Origin: Planctomycetota bacterium
Lineage (GTDB): Bacteria; Planctomycetota; UBA8108; SXIK01
Length of the DNA stretch: 64,000 bases
Direction of reading: 5' to 3'
NCBI GenBank assembly: GCA_965223265.1
Contig: OZ244999.1
Location: 3,040,001 to 3,104,000 of the forward strand
Shown: positions 30,301 through 39,454 of the stretch, piece by piece
How positions within the stretch are numbered: the stretch's first letter is position 1
How the letters are laid out: every line of letters starts with the position of its first letter
The notes under the pieces: model-generated
Databases searched by the model: none
What the model saw: the letters and a program-made list of their open reading frames with translations, nothing else
What the model was told of the DNA's origin: nothing
Made by a program: the position numbers and the translations under genes

Positions 30301-30349
30301 CAAGAAGGTCATCGTCGTACCCGGAAAGATGGTGAACTTTGTCGTCTGA
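27320..30349 (+). CDS. leuS: Leucine--tRNA ligase
   Basis: 'MFPYPSG.GLHVGH', editing motifs 'VFTTRPDT' and '[12 protein letters not shown]', '[11 protein letters not shown]', KMGKS, and C-terminal '[17 protein letters not shown]'. Confidence 0.97.
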   Translation: MANEKEAVGTHRYGADLANRVERKWQVYWEEHQTFHVGNPGDPGFDPQKPKKFIMDMFPYPSGVGLHVGHPLGYIATDIYARYLRMTGHNVLHPMGFDAFGLPAEQFAIETGQHPRVTTEKNIATMREQMTRLGLGHDPQRFIATIDREFYGWTQWIFLQIYSSWFDPESKKARPIAELISELEAGTRPPVDAEANPEARSWGELDAATQTRIVDNQRLAYLAEVPVNWCPSLGTVLANEEVTAEGRSERGNFPVFKRPLKQWMMRITAYCDRLLEDLEPLDWPEPIKIMQRNWIGRSEGAEVDFYAGRLENEDAWFGARQMDGWPLRVADGEPTIRVFTTRPDTLYGATYMVLAPEHPLVDELVAQAWPDGSDPRWRGQFPGVPGGDASPRDYVAAYRAYAASRSDIERQVEAKEKTGVFIGAFAINPVNRQPIPVFIADYVLMGYGTGAIMAVPAHDERDFEFATQFGLDIPVVVMPPESWLREQIGSQLRAAGIESPSSEDLEGAYQHAGESSHPLGCHCRRLAAFAGSGRSVASAAIEGRETADAKRRITRWLSERGVGEGTVNYRLRDWLFSRQRYWGEPFPVLHGADGEVVPLGTDELPLELPAMDDFSPEINDDLDSEPSPPLGRAREWAGVERDGKVMTRELNTMPNWAGSCWYYLRYLDPHNSAALVDPKVEKYWMGTASGDGEKAIGGVDLYVGGAEHAVLHLLYSRFWHKILFDLGHVSTPEPFQRLFNQGYVQAAAYKDDREVYFEASRVVEKDGEFFFDGHRVKREFGKMGKSLKNAVTPDEICSEYGADTLRLYEMYMGPLEASKPWNTRDIIGAHRFLQRLWRNLVDEDSGTLRVSDAPPSDALRKLLHQTIAGVEHDMRSLGFNTAIAKLIELNNALVALDSVPREVAASLVKMLAPLAPHIAEELWERLGHVSSVAYEPFPEHDPNLLREDEIEIPVMVNGKVRAKVNIAAGVDRQAQETAARANEKIQSFIADKTVKKVIVVPGKMVNFVV

Positions 30350-30438
30350 GCGCCGGATTGCGACGCGCTAACGGTTCGGTACGGCGTGCCTGGTCGTGGG
30401 CTGTTTGCCTTTCGTTTTGCCGCATCGTCCGCAGCCCG

Positions 30439-30447
30439 TGTTATGCT
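30439..30447 (+). promoter_or_regulatory. Candidate extended -10 promoter
   Basis: TG-T-TATGCT about 115 bp upstream of ATG 30562. Confidence 0.3.
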
Positions 30448-30561
30448 CGCCCTTCTGGATGATGAGGTGCGTCGGCACTCTTCTGTGCGTCGACGGCGCG
30501 GCTTATTTACGAATCAGCGCCGCTGCTCGTCGACGGCGCGTTGCTTGCGAAAGGTTGGGTC

Positions 30562-32712
30562 ATGAACAACGGCGTTAGTGTATGGGTCTGGAGCGCGCTT
30601 CTCTCGATGAGCATCGGAGCGAGTGCCGAATCACGTCTCGAAGGTGCGGTGCGCTCGTTCGTCCTCGTTAAGTTCTCAGCAGACGCGCCAGCTATTGAAC
30701 GACAAGCAGCCTTGAATGCTCTTCGCCGCAAGGCTGTAGAGATCGATGAGTGGTCGGGTTTTCAGTGCGGTGTCAACAACAGCCCCGAAGGGCTGGACCA
30801 GTCGTTCACGCATGGGTTCGTGGTTACGTATCCCGACAGGGACGCCGTCCAGAGGTATCGAAACGGCCAAGACGCAGAGGAACTGAGGGGCGTTTTCGCG
30901 CCGCTCGTGGAGCGCGTGTTCGTCTTCGATCTCGAAGTCGAGGAAGCGGCACCTGCTGCTGAGCCGGGGCGAACACATCACTTGGTGTTTTTTCGCTACA
31001 AGGCGAGCGTCAATGCTGAGAAGCGCCAGGAGATCATGCACGCCTTTCGTCGCTTGCCGCTGCACATCCCTGGGTTGATCCAATGCGAGGCAGGAACCAA
31101 TGTCGGGCCGGTAGAGCTCGGGCTTGGTTTCGACCACGGGTATCTCCTGACGTACGTGAATGCGCGAGCCCGTGACGACTATTTGCCACATCCGAAACAC
31201 CAAGAGTTCGTCGACCTCGTCAAGCCGGAGCTCGACGGCGTTCTTGTACTCGATTTCACAGTCGCCCCGGCGGACGGGGCGCTCTTTGTGACGCAAGGGC
31301 TCGAGCCATATCGTGTCTACCAGCGCAACGCGCAGGGCGTCGCAGACATTGCGTTCGCGGGGACGTCGGGTTATGACGGCGTGCTCCAAGGGCGTGTCTT
31401 GAAAGGCCGGCGCATCGTCCCTGAGTTCGATTGGCAACCAGTTGGCGAGGTCGCCGGAGGTGTGTTTGACGCTCAGCTCACGGCCGTACCAGTTGGCGGC
31501 GAGTACAGTGTCGAGCTGCGACAGCTTGATCGCCTCGGGAATGTGATTCGCAGCACCTCCGTGCATCACGTGCTGGTCGGTGATTTGTGGATTCTTGCCG
31601 GTCAGTCGAACATGCAGGGGGTGGGATTGCTGCACAATGCCGAGACGCCGAGCGATCTCGTTCACGTCTACAGCATGGCGCATCGCTGGGAGCTGGCTGT
31701 TGAGCCACTTCACTGGCTTGTCGATTCTCCTGACGTCGTCCACTCGGGGCGTTATTTCAAGTCGCCAATGAACGAAGCCGCACGGCACGCGGTACGTGAC
31801 TCACAGCGAACAACTCGTAGTCGTGGGGCAGGGTTAGGGCTCCCTTTTGCAAAGGAACTCGTTCGGCGTACCGGTGTGCCAGTGGGCCTCATCGCCTCAG
31901 CCCACGGCGGTACCTCGACTCGACAATGGGATCCACAGCTACGCGACAAAGGAGGCGAGTCGCTCTACGGGTCGATGTACAAGCAGGTCCTGCGCGCCGG
32001 CGGCAAGGTGCGTGGTGTCCTGTGGTACCAAGGAGAGGCTGATGCGAATCGCGGCGAGGCCGACGGGTATTTCGAGCGACTTCGAGGCATCGTCGACGCC
32101 GTTCGTTCCGATCTCGGTGACGCGCGGTTGTCGTTCTACTTGGTTCAGCTCGGTCGATTCCCTACTGATCGGGACGTCGCTGAAGGCTGGAACTCCGTCC
32201 AGGAAGCGCAGCGTCGCATCGCGGACGAGTTATTGCGAACCGCGGTCGTTCCGGCCATCGATCTGCAGCTCGATGACCGCATCCACATCGGTACGGATGG
32301 GCTGAAGCGTCTAGGGCATCGACTCGCTAAGGTGGCGCACTCCCAACTCTCGGGCGGGGCGAGCCTGAGCTCCGGACCGCGGCTGACGGGCATTCAAGTT
32401 GAGGAGGGCGGCGACGCCATCCGCGTCTCCTACCGCCAAGTGAACGGACGACTCTTGCCAGAAGGTCACGTCGCGGGATTCAGCATCGCAGACGGCGACG
32501 GCAACGATTTACCGATCATCTACCGGGCGCAGGTCGACCCTGAACAGCCGCACTCCGTCCTCATTCGACTTTCCCGGCCCATCGCCGTGAAAAACTCGCT
32601 CAGCTACGGCAAAGGTCTCGACCCCGTTTGCAACTTGGTCGACACAGAAGACATGGCAGCTCCCGTTTTTGGGCCGCTCGAAATCCCATCTTCCCTCCCA
32701 GCGAATCGTTGA
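30562..32712 (+). CDS. Fusion protein: two Dabb (stress-responsive A/B barrel) domains plus a SASA/sialate O-acetylesterase-type domain
   Basis: Dabb motifs 'GVNNSPEGL..FTHGF' and 'HLVFF..IPGL..YLPHPKHQEF'. SASA motifs 'GDLWILAGQSNM', 'WYQGEAD' and 'DRIH'. Confidence 0.88.
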   Translation: MNNGVSVWVWSALLSMSIGASAESRLEGAVRSFVLVKFSADAPAIERQAALNALRRKAVEIDEWSGFQCGVNNSPEGLDQSFTHGFVVTYPDRDAVQRYRNGQDAEELRGVFAPLVERVFVFDLEVEEAAPAAEPGRTHHLVFFRYKASVNAEKRQEIMHAFRRLPLHIPGLIQCEAGTNVGPVELGLGFDHGYLLTYVNARARDDYLPHPKHQEFVDLVKPELDGVLVLDFTVAPADGALFVTQGLEPYRVYQRNAQGVADIAFAGTSGYDGVLQGRVLKGRRIVPEFDWQPVGEVAGGVFDAQLTAVPVGGEYSVELRQLDRLGNVIRSTSVHHVLVGDLWILAGQSNMQGVGLLHNAETPSDLVHVYSMAHRWELAVEPLHWLVDSPDVVHSGRYFKSPMNEAARHAVRDSQRTTRSRGAGLGLPFAKELVRRTGVPVGLIASAHGGTSTRQWDPQLRDKGGESLYGSMYKQVLRAGGKVRGVLWYQGEADANRGEADGYFERLRGIVDAVRSDLGDARLSFYLVQLGRFPTDRDVAEGWNSVQEAQRRIADELLRTAVVPAIDLQLDDRIHIGTDGLKRLGHRLAKVAHSQLSGGASLSSGPRLTGIQVEEGGDAIRVSYRQVNGRLLPEGHVAGFSIADGDGNDLPIIYRAQVDPEQPHSVLIRLSRPIAVKNSLSYGKGLDPVCNLVDTEDMAAPVFGPLEIPSSLPANR

Positions 32713-32720
32713 GGACATGC

Positions 32721-33632
32721 ATGCCGACGAACGCTGATTCGACGCAAGTCATCATCACCGCCGTCGGACCGGATAACCGGCGGCTCGCCGACCCGATCAT
32801 TCACTTCGTCAGTGGAGCGGGGGCGAACATCAGCGAGATTCAGATGTACGATCGCGACGCGCGGCACGTGTTCGCGATGCTCCTGCGTCTCAACTGGCCA
32901 AGCGAGGCGGGAAGTCTCGAAGGGCTCGAGGAAGCGATGGGGCGCATCGGCAACGAGAAAGGGCTTTCGATTCGTACGTGGTGGAGGCCGACCAATCGAC
33001 GCCCGCGTCTCGCCGTTTGCACGACCCACCGCACGGAGCCAGCACTGGCAGTGCTGCGCGCCATGCGCGACGGTCAACTCGAGGCGGAGCCGGCGGTGAT
33101 GATTGGCAACCGGCCAACGTGTCGTTCTGTCGCAGAACAGTTCGACGTGGCGTGGCGTATGATCGGCGACGAACAGGGCGAGCCTGACAGTGATCGCATG
33201 GTCGACCTGTTCGACGAGTTCGGGGTCGATTACGTCGTCCTTGCGCGCTACATGCGCATTCTACCGGCATCGGTTGTTTGGAAGTTCGCCGGCGGGCGCA
33301 TCATCAATCTGCACCACGGGCTGCTGCCGGCGTTTCCGGGTCTGCGGCCGTATCACGACGCGTATGCTTGTCGCATGCTGACCTATGGAGCGACGATACA
33401 CTTTATCGTCCCAGAGCTCGATGCGGGCAACCAGATCATCCACCAATCGGCGTTTAGCGTGCCTCCCGGAACATCAATTGACGAGATTGTTCGTCGTGGA
33501 GTCACCGACCATGAGCCCCAGTGTCTTGTGGAGGGATTGCGACGTGTCGTCGACCACGAAGTAGAGCTCCACTTTCACCGCGTCGTCGGTACCGAGGGGC
33601 GCTCACCGTCGCGAAGAATGGGCTTGAAATAG
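32721..33632 (+). CDS. purU: Formyltetrahydrofolate deformylase
   Basis: N-terminal ACT-like domain plus formyltransferase motifs 'LARYMRIL', 'IINLHHGLLPAFPG', 'GATIHF..ELDAG'. Confidence 0.88.
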   Translation: MPTNADSTQVIITAVGPDNRRLADPIIHFVSGAGANISEIQMYDRDARHVFAMLLRLNWPSEAGSLEGLEEAMGRIGNEKGLSIRTWWRPTNRRPRLAVCTTHRTEPALAVLRAMRDGQLEAEPAVMIGNRPTCRSVAEQFDVAWRMIGDEQGEPDSDRMVDLFDEFGVDYVVLARYMRILPASVVWKFAGGRIINLHHGLLPAFPGLRPYHDAYACRMLTYGATIHFIVPELDAGNQIIHQSAFSVPPGTSIDEIVRRGVTDHEPQCLVEGLRRVVDHEVELHFHRVVGTEGRSPSRRMGLK

Positions 33633-33892
33633 GTCTGGCGCTCGGCGACACTCCTGCATTCCCCGCCCGGGATCGTTGCGGCGGCTCGTCTGGCCAAAGC
33701 TCAACGGGAGTCTTGTGAGGCCCGTGCGAGTCCATCGAACCGACCACCCGAGTCGAGTTCCTCGCGCCGATTCCCCGAGGGGGCTCGCGGCGATTCCTTC
33801 GGAGTCGGTGGAACGATGCGGTCCGGGCTGGGCGTGATCACGCTCCGATTCGTGCTGCTCAAGTTCGAGAGTCAACAGGAGAAGTAGAGTCT

Positions 33893-34693
33893 ATGGCCAC
33901 CGCGCAGCGTACGGCCCTCAAGCGTGGCTTCGGGGCGACGTCTCGTCGTGACGCCTGGTGGAAGGCGCCCGTCCTGACGTTCCTGGGGCTGTCAGCGTTC
34001 ATCATCTATTCGACGTGGGCCGCTTTTCAGGCTGAGCACTTCGCATCAGGCCCTTACCTGTCGCCGTTCTACTCGCCGCTGATCTTCAGTCCCGACCCGG
34101 AGCACGTGCACCATAGCTGGTTCGGTGAAAACCCCAGCTGGTTCCCGTTTTCTCCGGCGTTCTTGATTTTGTGGGCACCGGCTGGATTTCGACTCACGTG
34201 TTACTACTATCGCGGTGCGTACTACAAGGCGTTTTGGGCTGACCCGCCGGCTTGCGCCGTCGGCGAACCTCGTGCCAAATACCTTGGCGAAAACTCTTTG
34301 CCGCTCGTGTTGCAAAATCTCCATCGCTACTTTCTTTACGTTGCGATTTGCTTTCTGTTTCTCCTGGCGTACGACGCGTGGAAGGCGATGTGGTTTCAGA
34401 CTGCGGGCGGTGAGCACGAGTTCGGGATCGGCATTGGAACGATCGTGTTAACGATCAACGTGGTGTTGTTGAGTGGATATACGCTCGGGTGCCACTCGCT
34501 ACGCCATCTGATCGGTGGCTTCATGAACCATCTGTCGCGTTCGCCGGCGCGGCAGCAGGCTTACCGGTGCGTCAGTTGTCTCAACCGCGGCCACATGCGT
34601 TGGGCGTGGTGCAGCCTCTTTTGGGTCGGGTTTTCCGACGTCTATGTTCGCCTTTGTTCTATGGGGATTTGGACCGACTGGAGGCTGATCTGA
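33893..34693 (+). CDS. Succinate dehydrogenase membrane anchor, Sdh1/Rv0249c-like
   Basis: 'YLSPFYSP', 'FRLTCYYYR.AYY', 'P.CAV.EP', 'QNLHRYF', 'YT.GCHS.RH' and 'LN..HM..AW' match the mycobacterial Sdh1 anchor motifs as I recall them. Confidence 0.88.
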   Translation: MATAQRTALKRGFGATSRRDAWWKAPVLTFLGLSAFIIYSTWAAFQAEHFASGPYLSPFYSPLIFSPDPEHVHHSWFGENPSWFPFSPAFLILWAPAGFRLTCYYYRGAYYKAFWADPPACAVGEPRAKYLGENSLPLVLQNLHRYFLYVAICFLFLLAYDAWKAMWFQTAGGEHEFGIGIGTIVLTINVVLLSGYTLGCHSLRHLIGGFMNHLSRSPARQQAYRCVSCLNRGHMRWAWCSLFWVGFSDVYVRLCSMGIWTDWRLI

Positions 34694-36516
34694 TGGCGGA
34701 GTACAGCACTCACCAACACGACGTGCTCGTCGTCGGTGCGGGCGGCGCCGGCCTTCGTGCCGCCATCGAGGCCTCGGCTGCCGGAGTCTCGGTGGGACTT
34801 GTCTGCAAGTCGCTCCTCGGCAAGGCGCACACGGTCATGGCAGAAGGTGGCGTCGCCGCAGCGCTGGCGAACGTCGACGATCGTGACGATTGGAAGACTC
34901 ATTTTGCAGACACGATGCGAGGTGGTCAGTACGTCAACAACTACCGTATGGCTGAGCTGCACGCGAAGGAGGCTCCTGATCGGGTGCGAGAGCTCGAGGC
35001 GTGGGGGGCGGTCTTTGATCGCACGAAAGACCAGCGTATTCTGCAGCGCAACTTCGGTGGCCACAAGTACCCGCGTCTTGCGCATGTTGGCGATCGCACC
35101 GGGCTCGAGATGATCCGCACGCTTCAGGATCACGGGATCCACCAAGGGATCGACGTCCACATGGAGTGTACGGTTGTGCAGCTTTTGAAAGACGGCGACC
35201 GAGTCTGTGGGGCGCTCGCCTACGACCGCGAGCGCGGCAAATTTCGCCTCTTTCACGCCGCTGCGATCGTTCTCGCGACAGGCGGCTTCGGTCGGGCCTT
35301 CAAAATCACAAGCAACAGTTGGGAGTACACGGGCGACGGTCACGCGCTCGCGTACGACGCAGGCGCCGAGCTGCGCGACATCGAGTATGTTCAGTTTCAT
35401 CCGACGGGCATGGTGTGGCCGCCGAGTGTACGAGGAATTCTCGTCACTGAAGGTGTCCGCGGCGAAGGGGGCATCTTGCGCAATGGTGACGGCAAACGTT
35501 TCATGTTCGAGGATATCCCGGAGCTCTACAAGAGCTCGACGGCCGACAACGAAGAGGAGGGGTGGAGATACACCCAGGGTGACAAGGACGCGCGACGACC
35601 GCCGGAGCTCCTGACGCGCGATCATGTCGCGCGCTGTATTGTTCATGAAATCAAAGAAGGGCGTGGCAGTCCGCACGGCGGTGTTTTTCTCGACATCGCG
35701 TGGATCAAAGAGAAGATTGGCGACTCGGAAGCTCACATTCGGCGCAAGCTTCCAAGCATGTATCACCAGTTTAAGGAGCTGGCGAACATCGATATCACCA
35801 AGGAGCCGATGGAGGTAGGGCCGACCACTCACTACGCCATGGGCGGGATCAGCGTCGATGGCGACTCACAGATGTCGACAGTGCCGGGTCTGTTCGCAGC
35901 CGGTGAGTGCGCCGGGGGCATGCACGGAGCCAATCGCCTGGGCGGCAACTCGCTCTCCGATTTGCTCGTCTTCGGTAAGCGGGCTGGCCAATACGCTGCT
36001 TCGTTTGCGAAAGAGAAAGGCTTTGCAGCGATCAACGAGGCGGACGCCACGGCTGCCGTGAAGAAAGCTCTGGAGCCGCTTGAGCGACAAGATTCTGGTG
36101 GTGGCGGTGAAGCCGCGTATGCGATTCAGTACGAGCTTCAAGAGGCCATGCAGGATCTTGTCGGCATTGTTCGCACAGAATCAGACCTACAAAAGGCGCT
36201 CGAGACGATCCGGTCGTTGGCTGAGCGGTCACAAAACGTCAGTGTGCCAGGCAACCGCGAATACAATCCCGGTTGGCACACTGCACTGGATTTGCACAAC
36301 CTCCTAACGGTCTCTGAGGCCGTGGCAGCGGCGGCGCTGGAGCGCAAGGAAAGTCGGGGAGCACACTTCCGGGAAGATTATCCCGAGAAGAATGCGGAGT
36401 GGGGGCAGACGACGCTCGTCATCTACAAGGGAAATGATGGTTCGATGCAAGTCCGCCGCGATTCGGTACCGCCATTGCCTGACGAACTGACGCAGATCAT
36501 CGAGGACAATAAGTGA
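34693..36516 (+). CDS. sdhA: Succinate dehydrogenase/fumarate reductase flavoprotein subunit
   Basis: GAGGAG, 'AHTVMAEGG', 'QFHPTG', 'HYAMGG', 'HGANRLGGNSL', 'ESRGAH'. TGATG coupling with the anchor gene. Confidence 0.95.
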   Translation: MAEYSTHQHDVLVVGAGGAGLRAAIEASAAGVSVGLVCKSLLGKAHTVMAEGGVAAALANVDDRDDWKTHFADTMRGGQYVNNYRMAELHAKEAPDRVRELEAWGAVFDRTKDQRILQRNFGGHKYPRLAHVGDRTGLEMIRTLQDHGIHQGIDVHMECTVVQLLKDGDRVCGALAYDRERGKFRLFHAAAIVLATGGFGRAFKITSNSWEYTGDGHALAYDAGAELRDIEYVQFHPTGMVWPPSVRGILVTEGVRGEGGILRNGDGKRFMFEDIPELYKSSTADNEEEGWRYTQGDKDARRPPELLTRDHVARCIVHEIKEGRGSPHGGVFLDIAWIKEKIGDSEAHIRRKLPSMYHQFKELANIDITKEPMEVGPTTHYAMGGISVDGDSQMSTVPGLFAAGECAGGMHGANRLGGNSLSDLLVFGKRAGQYAASFAKEKGFAAINEADATAAVKKALEPLERQDSGGGGEAAYAIQYELQEAMQDLVGIVRTESDLQKALETIRSLAERSQNVSVPGNREYNPGWHTALDLHNLLTVSEAVAAAALERKESRGAHFREDYPEKNAEWGQTTLVIYKGNDGSMQVRRDSVPPLPDELTQIIEDNK

Positions 36517-37280
36517 TGGCCACAGCCACTTTCAGGATTTGGCGCGGCGACAAGGACGGCGGAACGTTCGAAGACTATAGCACTGAAGTGACCGACGGCA
36601 TGGTCGTTCTCGATGCGGTGCATCAGATCCAAGCCGAATCGGCGAATGATCTTGCCGTGCGTTGGAACTGCAAGGCCGGGAAGTGCGGTTCGTGCTCTGC
36701 CGAGGTGAACGGCGTTCCGAAGCTCATGTGCATGACGCGTTTGGACGATGTGCCGCTTGACGAGCCCGTCAAGATTGAGCCGATCAAGGCGTTCCCGCAG
36801 ATTAAAGACTTGGTCACGGACGTCAGCTGGAACTTTGAGGTGAAGAAGAAGATCAAGAAGTTCACGCCTCGCCCTCCGGACGCTCCCGATGGAACGTGGC
36901 GAATGGCTCAGGAAGACATCGATCGCGTGCAAGAATTTCGCAAGTGCATCGAGTGTTACCTGTGTCAAGACGTTTGCCACGTGCTGCGGGAACACGCGAA
37001 GCACGAGGAGTTCATCGGGCCGCGCTTTTTCGTCCACGTCGCCGGCTTGGAGATGCACCCGCTCGACACGGAGGATCGCCTTGAGGAACTCAAGAGTGCC
37101 TACTCCATTGGCTACTGCAACATCACGAAGTGCTGCACTCACGTCTGCCCTGAGCACATCACGATCACCGACAACGCGATCATTCCGCTGAAGGAGCGCG
37201 TCGTTGATCGTTTTTATGATCCGCTGAAGAAGTTGTTCCGAGTTTTTACTGGGAAGGCCGGAGGCGCGAGCAGCAAGTAG
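36516..37280 (+). CDS. sdhB: Succinate dehydrogenase iron-sulfur subunit
   Basis: CKAGKCGSC..C, CIECYLCQDVC and CNITKCCTHVCP cluster motifs. Confidence 0.95.
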   Translation: MATATFRIWRGDKDGGTFEDYSTEVTDGMVVLDAVHQIQAESANDLAVRWNCKAGKCGSCSAEVNGVPKLMCMTRLDDVPLDEPVKIEPIKAFPQIKDLVTDVSWNFEVKKKIKKFTPRPPDAPDGTWRMAQEDIDRVQEFRKCIECYLCQDVCHVLREHAKHEEFIGPRFFVHVAGLEMHPLDTEDRLEELKSAYSIGYCNITKCCTHVCPEHITITDNAIIPLKERVVDRFYDPLKKLFRVFTGKAGGASSK

Positions 37281-37347
37281 GTGTCGTTCGAGGTTGGCGG
37301 CGCAGCGCTTGACTCGAGGACGGGCCGCACCAGCTCTCCCTGGCGAC

Positions 37348-39267
37348 TCAGTTCTCGCCTTGCTTGAGCGCTGCCGCTTCACTGAGGATCGCATGCATGC
37401 GTTCGACCAGCTCATGCGGGTCGCTCAGGTATCCATCCATGAGCATGGCTCCTTCGAAGAGCTGCTCGCAGGCCTGCGTTACGAAGGGATCTTCGGCGTC
37501 TCGGCTCACAAGTGTTTGAAGGTGAGCGATCAGAGGATGACGGGCGTTGATCTCCAGCGTGCGGACGGGGAGACTTTCATCCTTGTTGATCAGGCGAAAG
37601 ACTTTCTCCATGTGGCCGGAGACGTCATCGCTCACCAGGCATGCTGGCGAGTCAACGAGTCGGTCACTCTTTCGCACTTCTTTCACCTTCTCACCCAAGA
37701 TTTCCTTGAACCGAGCGATGAGTTTTGACGTGTCAGCCTCGGGGGCTGGCTCCGGTGCGTCTTCGCTCTTTTGACCATCCGCTGCTGCCTGAACCTCACG
37801 TAGCTCTTCGGGCGAGACGTGCTCGGCAGACTTCAGCTCCTTTTCTTCGTAACGGCCGACCGACCCGAGGACGAACTCGTCGGCAACGTCGTACAAGTAG
37901 AGCACCTCGATGCCTTTGGAGCGAAAGAGCTCGAGGCGCGGATCGCGCTCAAGCGCAGCACGAGAGTTGCCCGTGAGGTAGTAGATGGCGTCTTGCTTCT
38001 CCGGCATGCGTTCGACGTAGTCGGCGAGACTGCAAAGGCTCTTGTCATCGTCGCCGTGCGACGAGTTGAATCGCCACAGTTCATGCAGCGCTTCGCGGTG
38101 TGCGAAATCGGAATAGCCTTCTTTGAGGATTCTGCCGAAGGCATGCCAGAACTCTGCATACTTCTCGTCGTCTTCCTTGGCAAGATCGCTGAGTTGACTG
38201 AGAAGTTTCTTTGTCAGGGTGTCGCGGATCTTGGCGACGAGTGGATTTTCTTGGAGTGTCTCGCGCGAGACATTGAGCGGGAGATCTTCCGATTCTACGA
38301 CTCCTCTGACAAAGCGTAGGTACTTAGGCAGCAGCTCTTTGTTCTCTCCATCGATGAGAATTCGTTTTACGTAGAGCTGCAGGCTGACCTCGCCTTGGCC
38401 GAAGCCGATCATCTCGCTACTAGTCTTTGGCACGAAGAGGAGCGCCGAGAACTGTAGCGGGACGTCGACCGACAGGTGCTGGCGTAGGAGCGGTGCTTCT
38501 GTGTCGTAGCTCAAGAACTTGTAGAATTCGTCGTACTGTTCTGCTTTGACTTGATGTGGCTGCTCACGCCAGACCGCGGTCGTTTGATTGACTTGCTTCT
38601 CCCCGACATATACGGGGAAGGCGACGAAATTGGAGTACTTGCGAATGGCTTCTTCGATGGACTCAGCGACCGCGAAGCGTCCTTCGTCCTTCTTTAGTTC
38701 GATCTCGATGCTCGTCCCGCGCGGCAGTGATTCGTCGGTGGAGCGAACGCTAAAGCTGCCGTGACCGTCACTCTCCCAAATGATCGGAGTGGCATCTGGT
38801 TCAACGGAGCGGCTTTTGACCACTACGCGATCGGCGACCATGAAGACGGAGTAGAATCCGACGCCGAAACGCCCGATGAGACTCAGGTCGTCGGCTCCTT
38901 GAAGCGACTTGAGTTGTTCAAGAAAAGCTGTCGCTCCGCTGTGGGCGATGGTGCCGAGGTTCGTTTTCGCTTCGTCGGCAGTGAGGCCAATCCCCGTGTC
39001 TGTGATGACGAGTTTTTTAGGTGCCTCTTCTGAATCGCCGGGTTTGCACTCGATGCGGATTTCAAGGGCCGCATCCACATCTGCGATGCTGTTTCCCTGC
39101 ACCTTGAGAAAACGCACTTTCTCAAGAGCGTCGGCGGCATTGGAGACGAGCTCACGTATGAAGATGTCTTTTGCGGTGTAGACCGAATGAATGAGAATGT
39201 CTAGAAGTTGCCGAACTTCCGCTTGAAACTCGAACGACTCGGTCGTTTGCTCTGACGTCTTGGACAT
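37348..39267 (-). CDS. htpG: Molecular chaperone HtpG (Hsp90)
   Basis: 'FQAEV..IFIRELVSNAADA', 'DTGIG', 'IGRFGVGFYS', 'DLPLNVSRE.LQ'. Confidence 0.97.
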   Translation of the reverse strand: MSKTSEQTTESFEFQAEVRQLLDILIHSVYTAKDIFIRELVSNAADALEKVRFLKVQGNSIADVDAALEIRIECKPGDSEEAPKKLVITDTGIGLTADEAKTNLGTIAHSGATAFLEQLKSLQGADDLSLIGRFGVGFYSVFMVADRVVVKSRSVEPDATPIIWESDGHGSFSVRSTDESLPRGTSIEIELKKDEGRFAVAESIEEAIRKYSNFVAFPVYVGEKQVNQTTAVWREQPHQVKAEQYDEFYKFLSYDTEAPLLRQHLSVDVPLQFSALLFVPKTSSEMIGFGQGEVSLQLYVKRILIDGENKELLPKYLRFVRGVVESEDLPLNVSRETLQENPLVAKIRDTLTKKLLSQLSDLAKEDDEKYAEFWHAFGRILKEGYSDFAHREALHELWRFNSSHGDDDKSLCSLADYVERMPEKQDAIYYLTGNSRAALERDPRLELFRSKGIEVLYLYDVADEFVLGSVGRYEEKELKSAEHVSPEELREVQAAADGQKSEDAPEPAPEADTSKLIARFKEILGEKVKEVRKSDRLVDSPACLVSDDVSGHMEKVFRLINKDESLPVRTLEINARHPLIAHLQTLVSRDAEDPFVTQACEQLFEGAMLMDGYLSDPHELVERMHAILSEAAALKQGEN

Positions 39268-39325
39268 CGGTGTGTTCGCTCCCGGTATTCATGCGCGATC
39301 ATAGGTTGAGCGAGCGAAAGCCGCC

Positions 39326-39353
39326 GCGAGTAACGACACGTGTTGCTACTCGC
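39326..39353. promoter_or_regulatory. 28-bp near-perfect palindrome upstream of htpG
   Basis: GCGAGTAACGACAC|GTGTTGCTACTCGC, with 12 of 14 arm positions symmetric. Confidence 0.5.
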
Positions 39354-39454
39354 AGGACCGCTTTGCTGTCACGTGCGCGATGACGTCTATTTTTAACGAG
39401 GCGCGTCTCCTAGTGCAACCGGTGCACGCAGCTGTAGCCTTCGAGGCGGAGACA

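Noticed and set aside
33765-33810. Riboswitch upstream of the sdh operon
   Set aside because: A GC-rich hairpin is possible, but I recognise no conserved aptamer motif.
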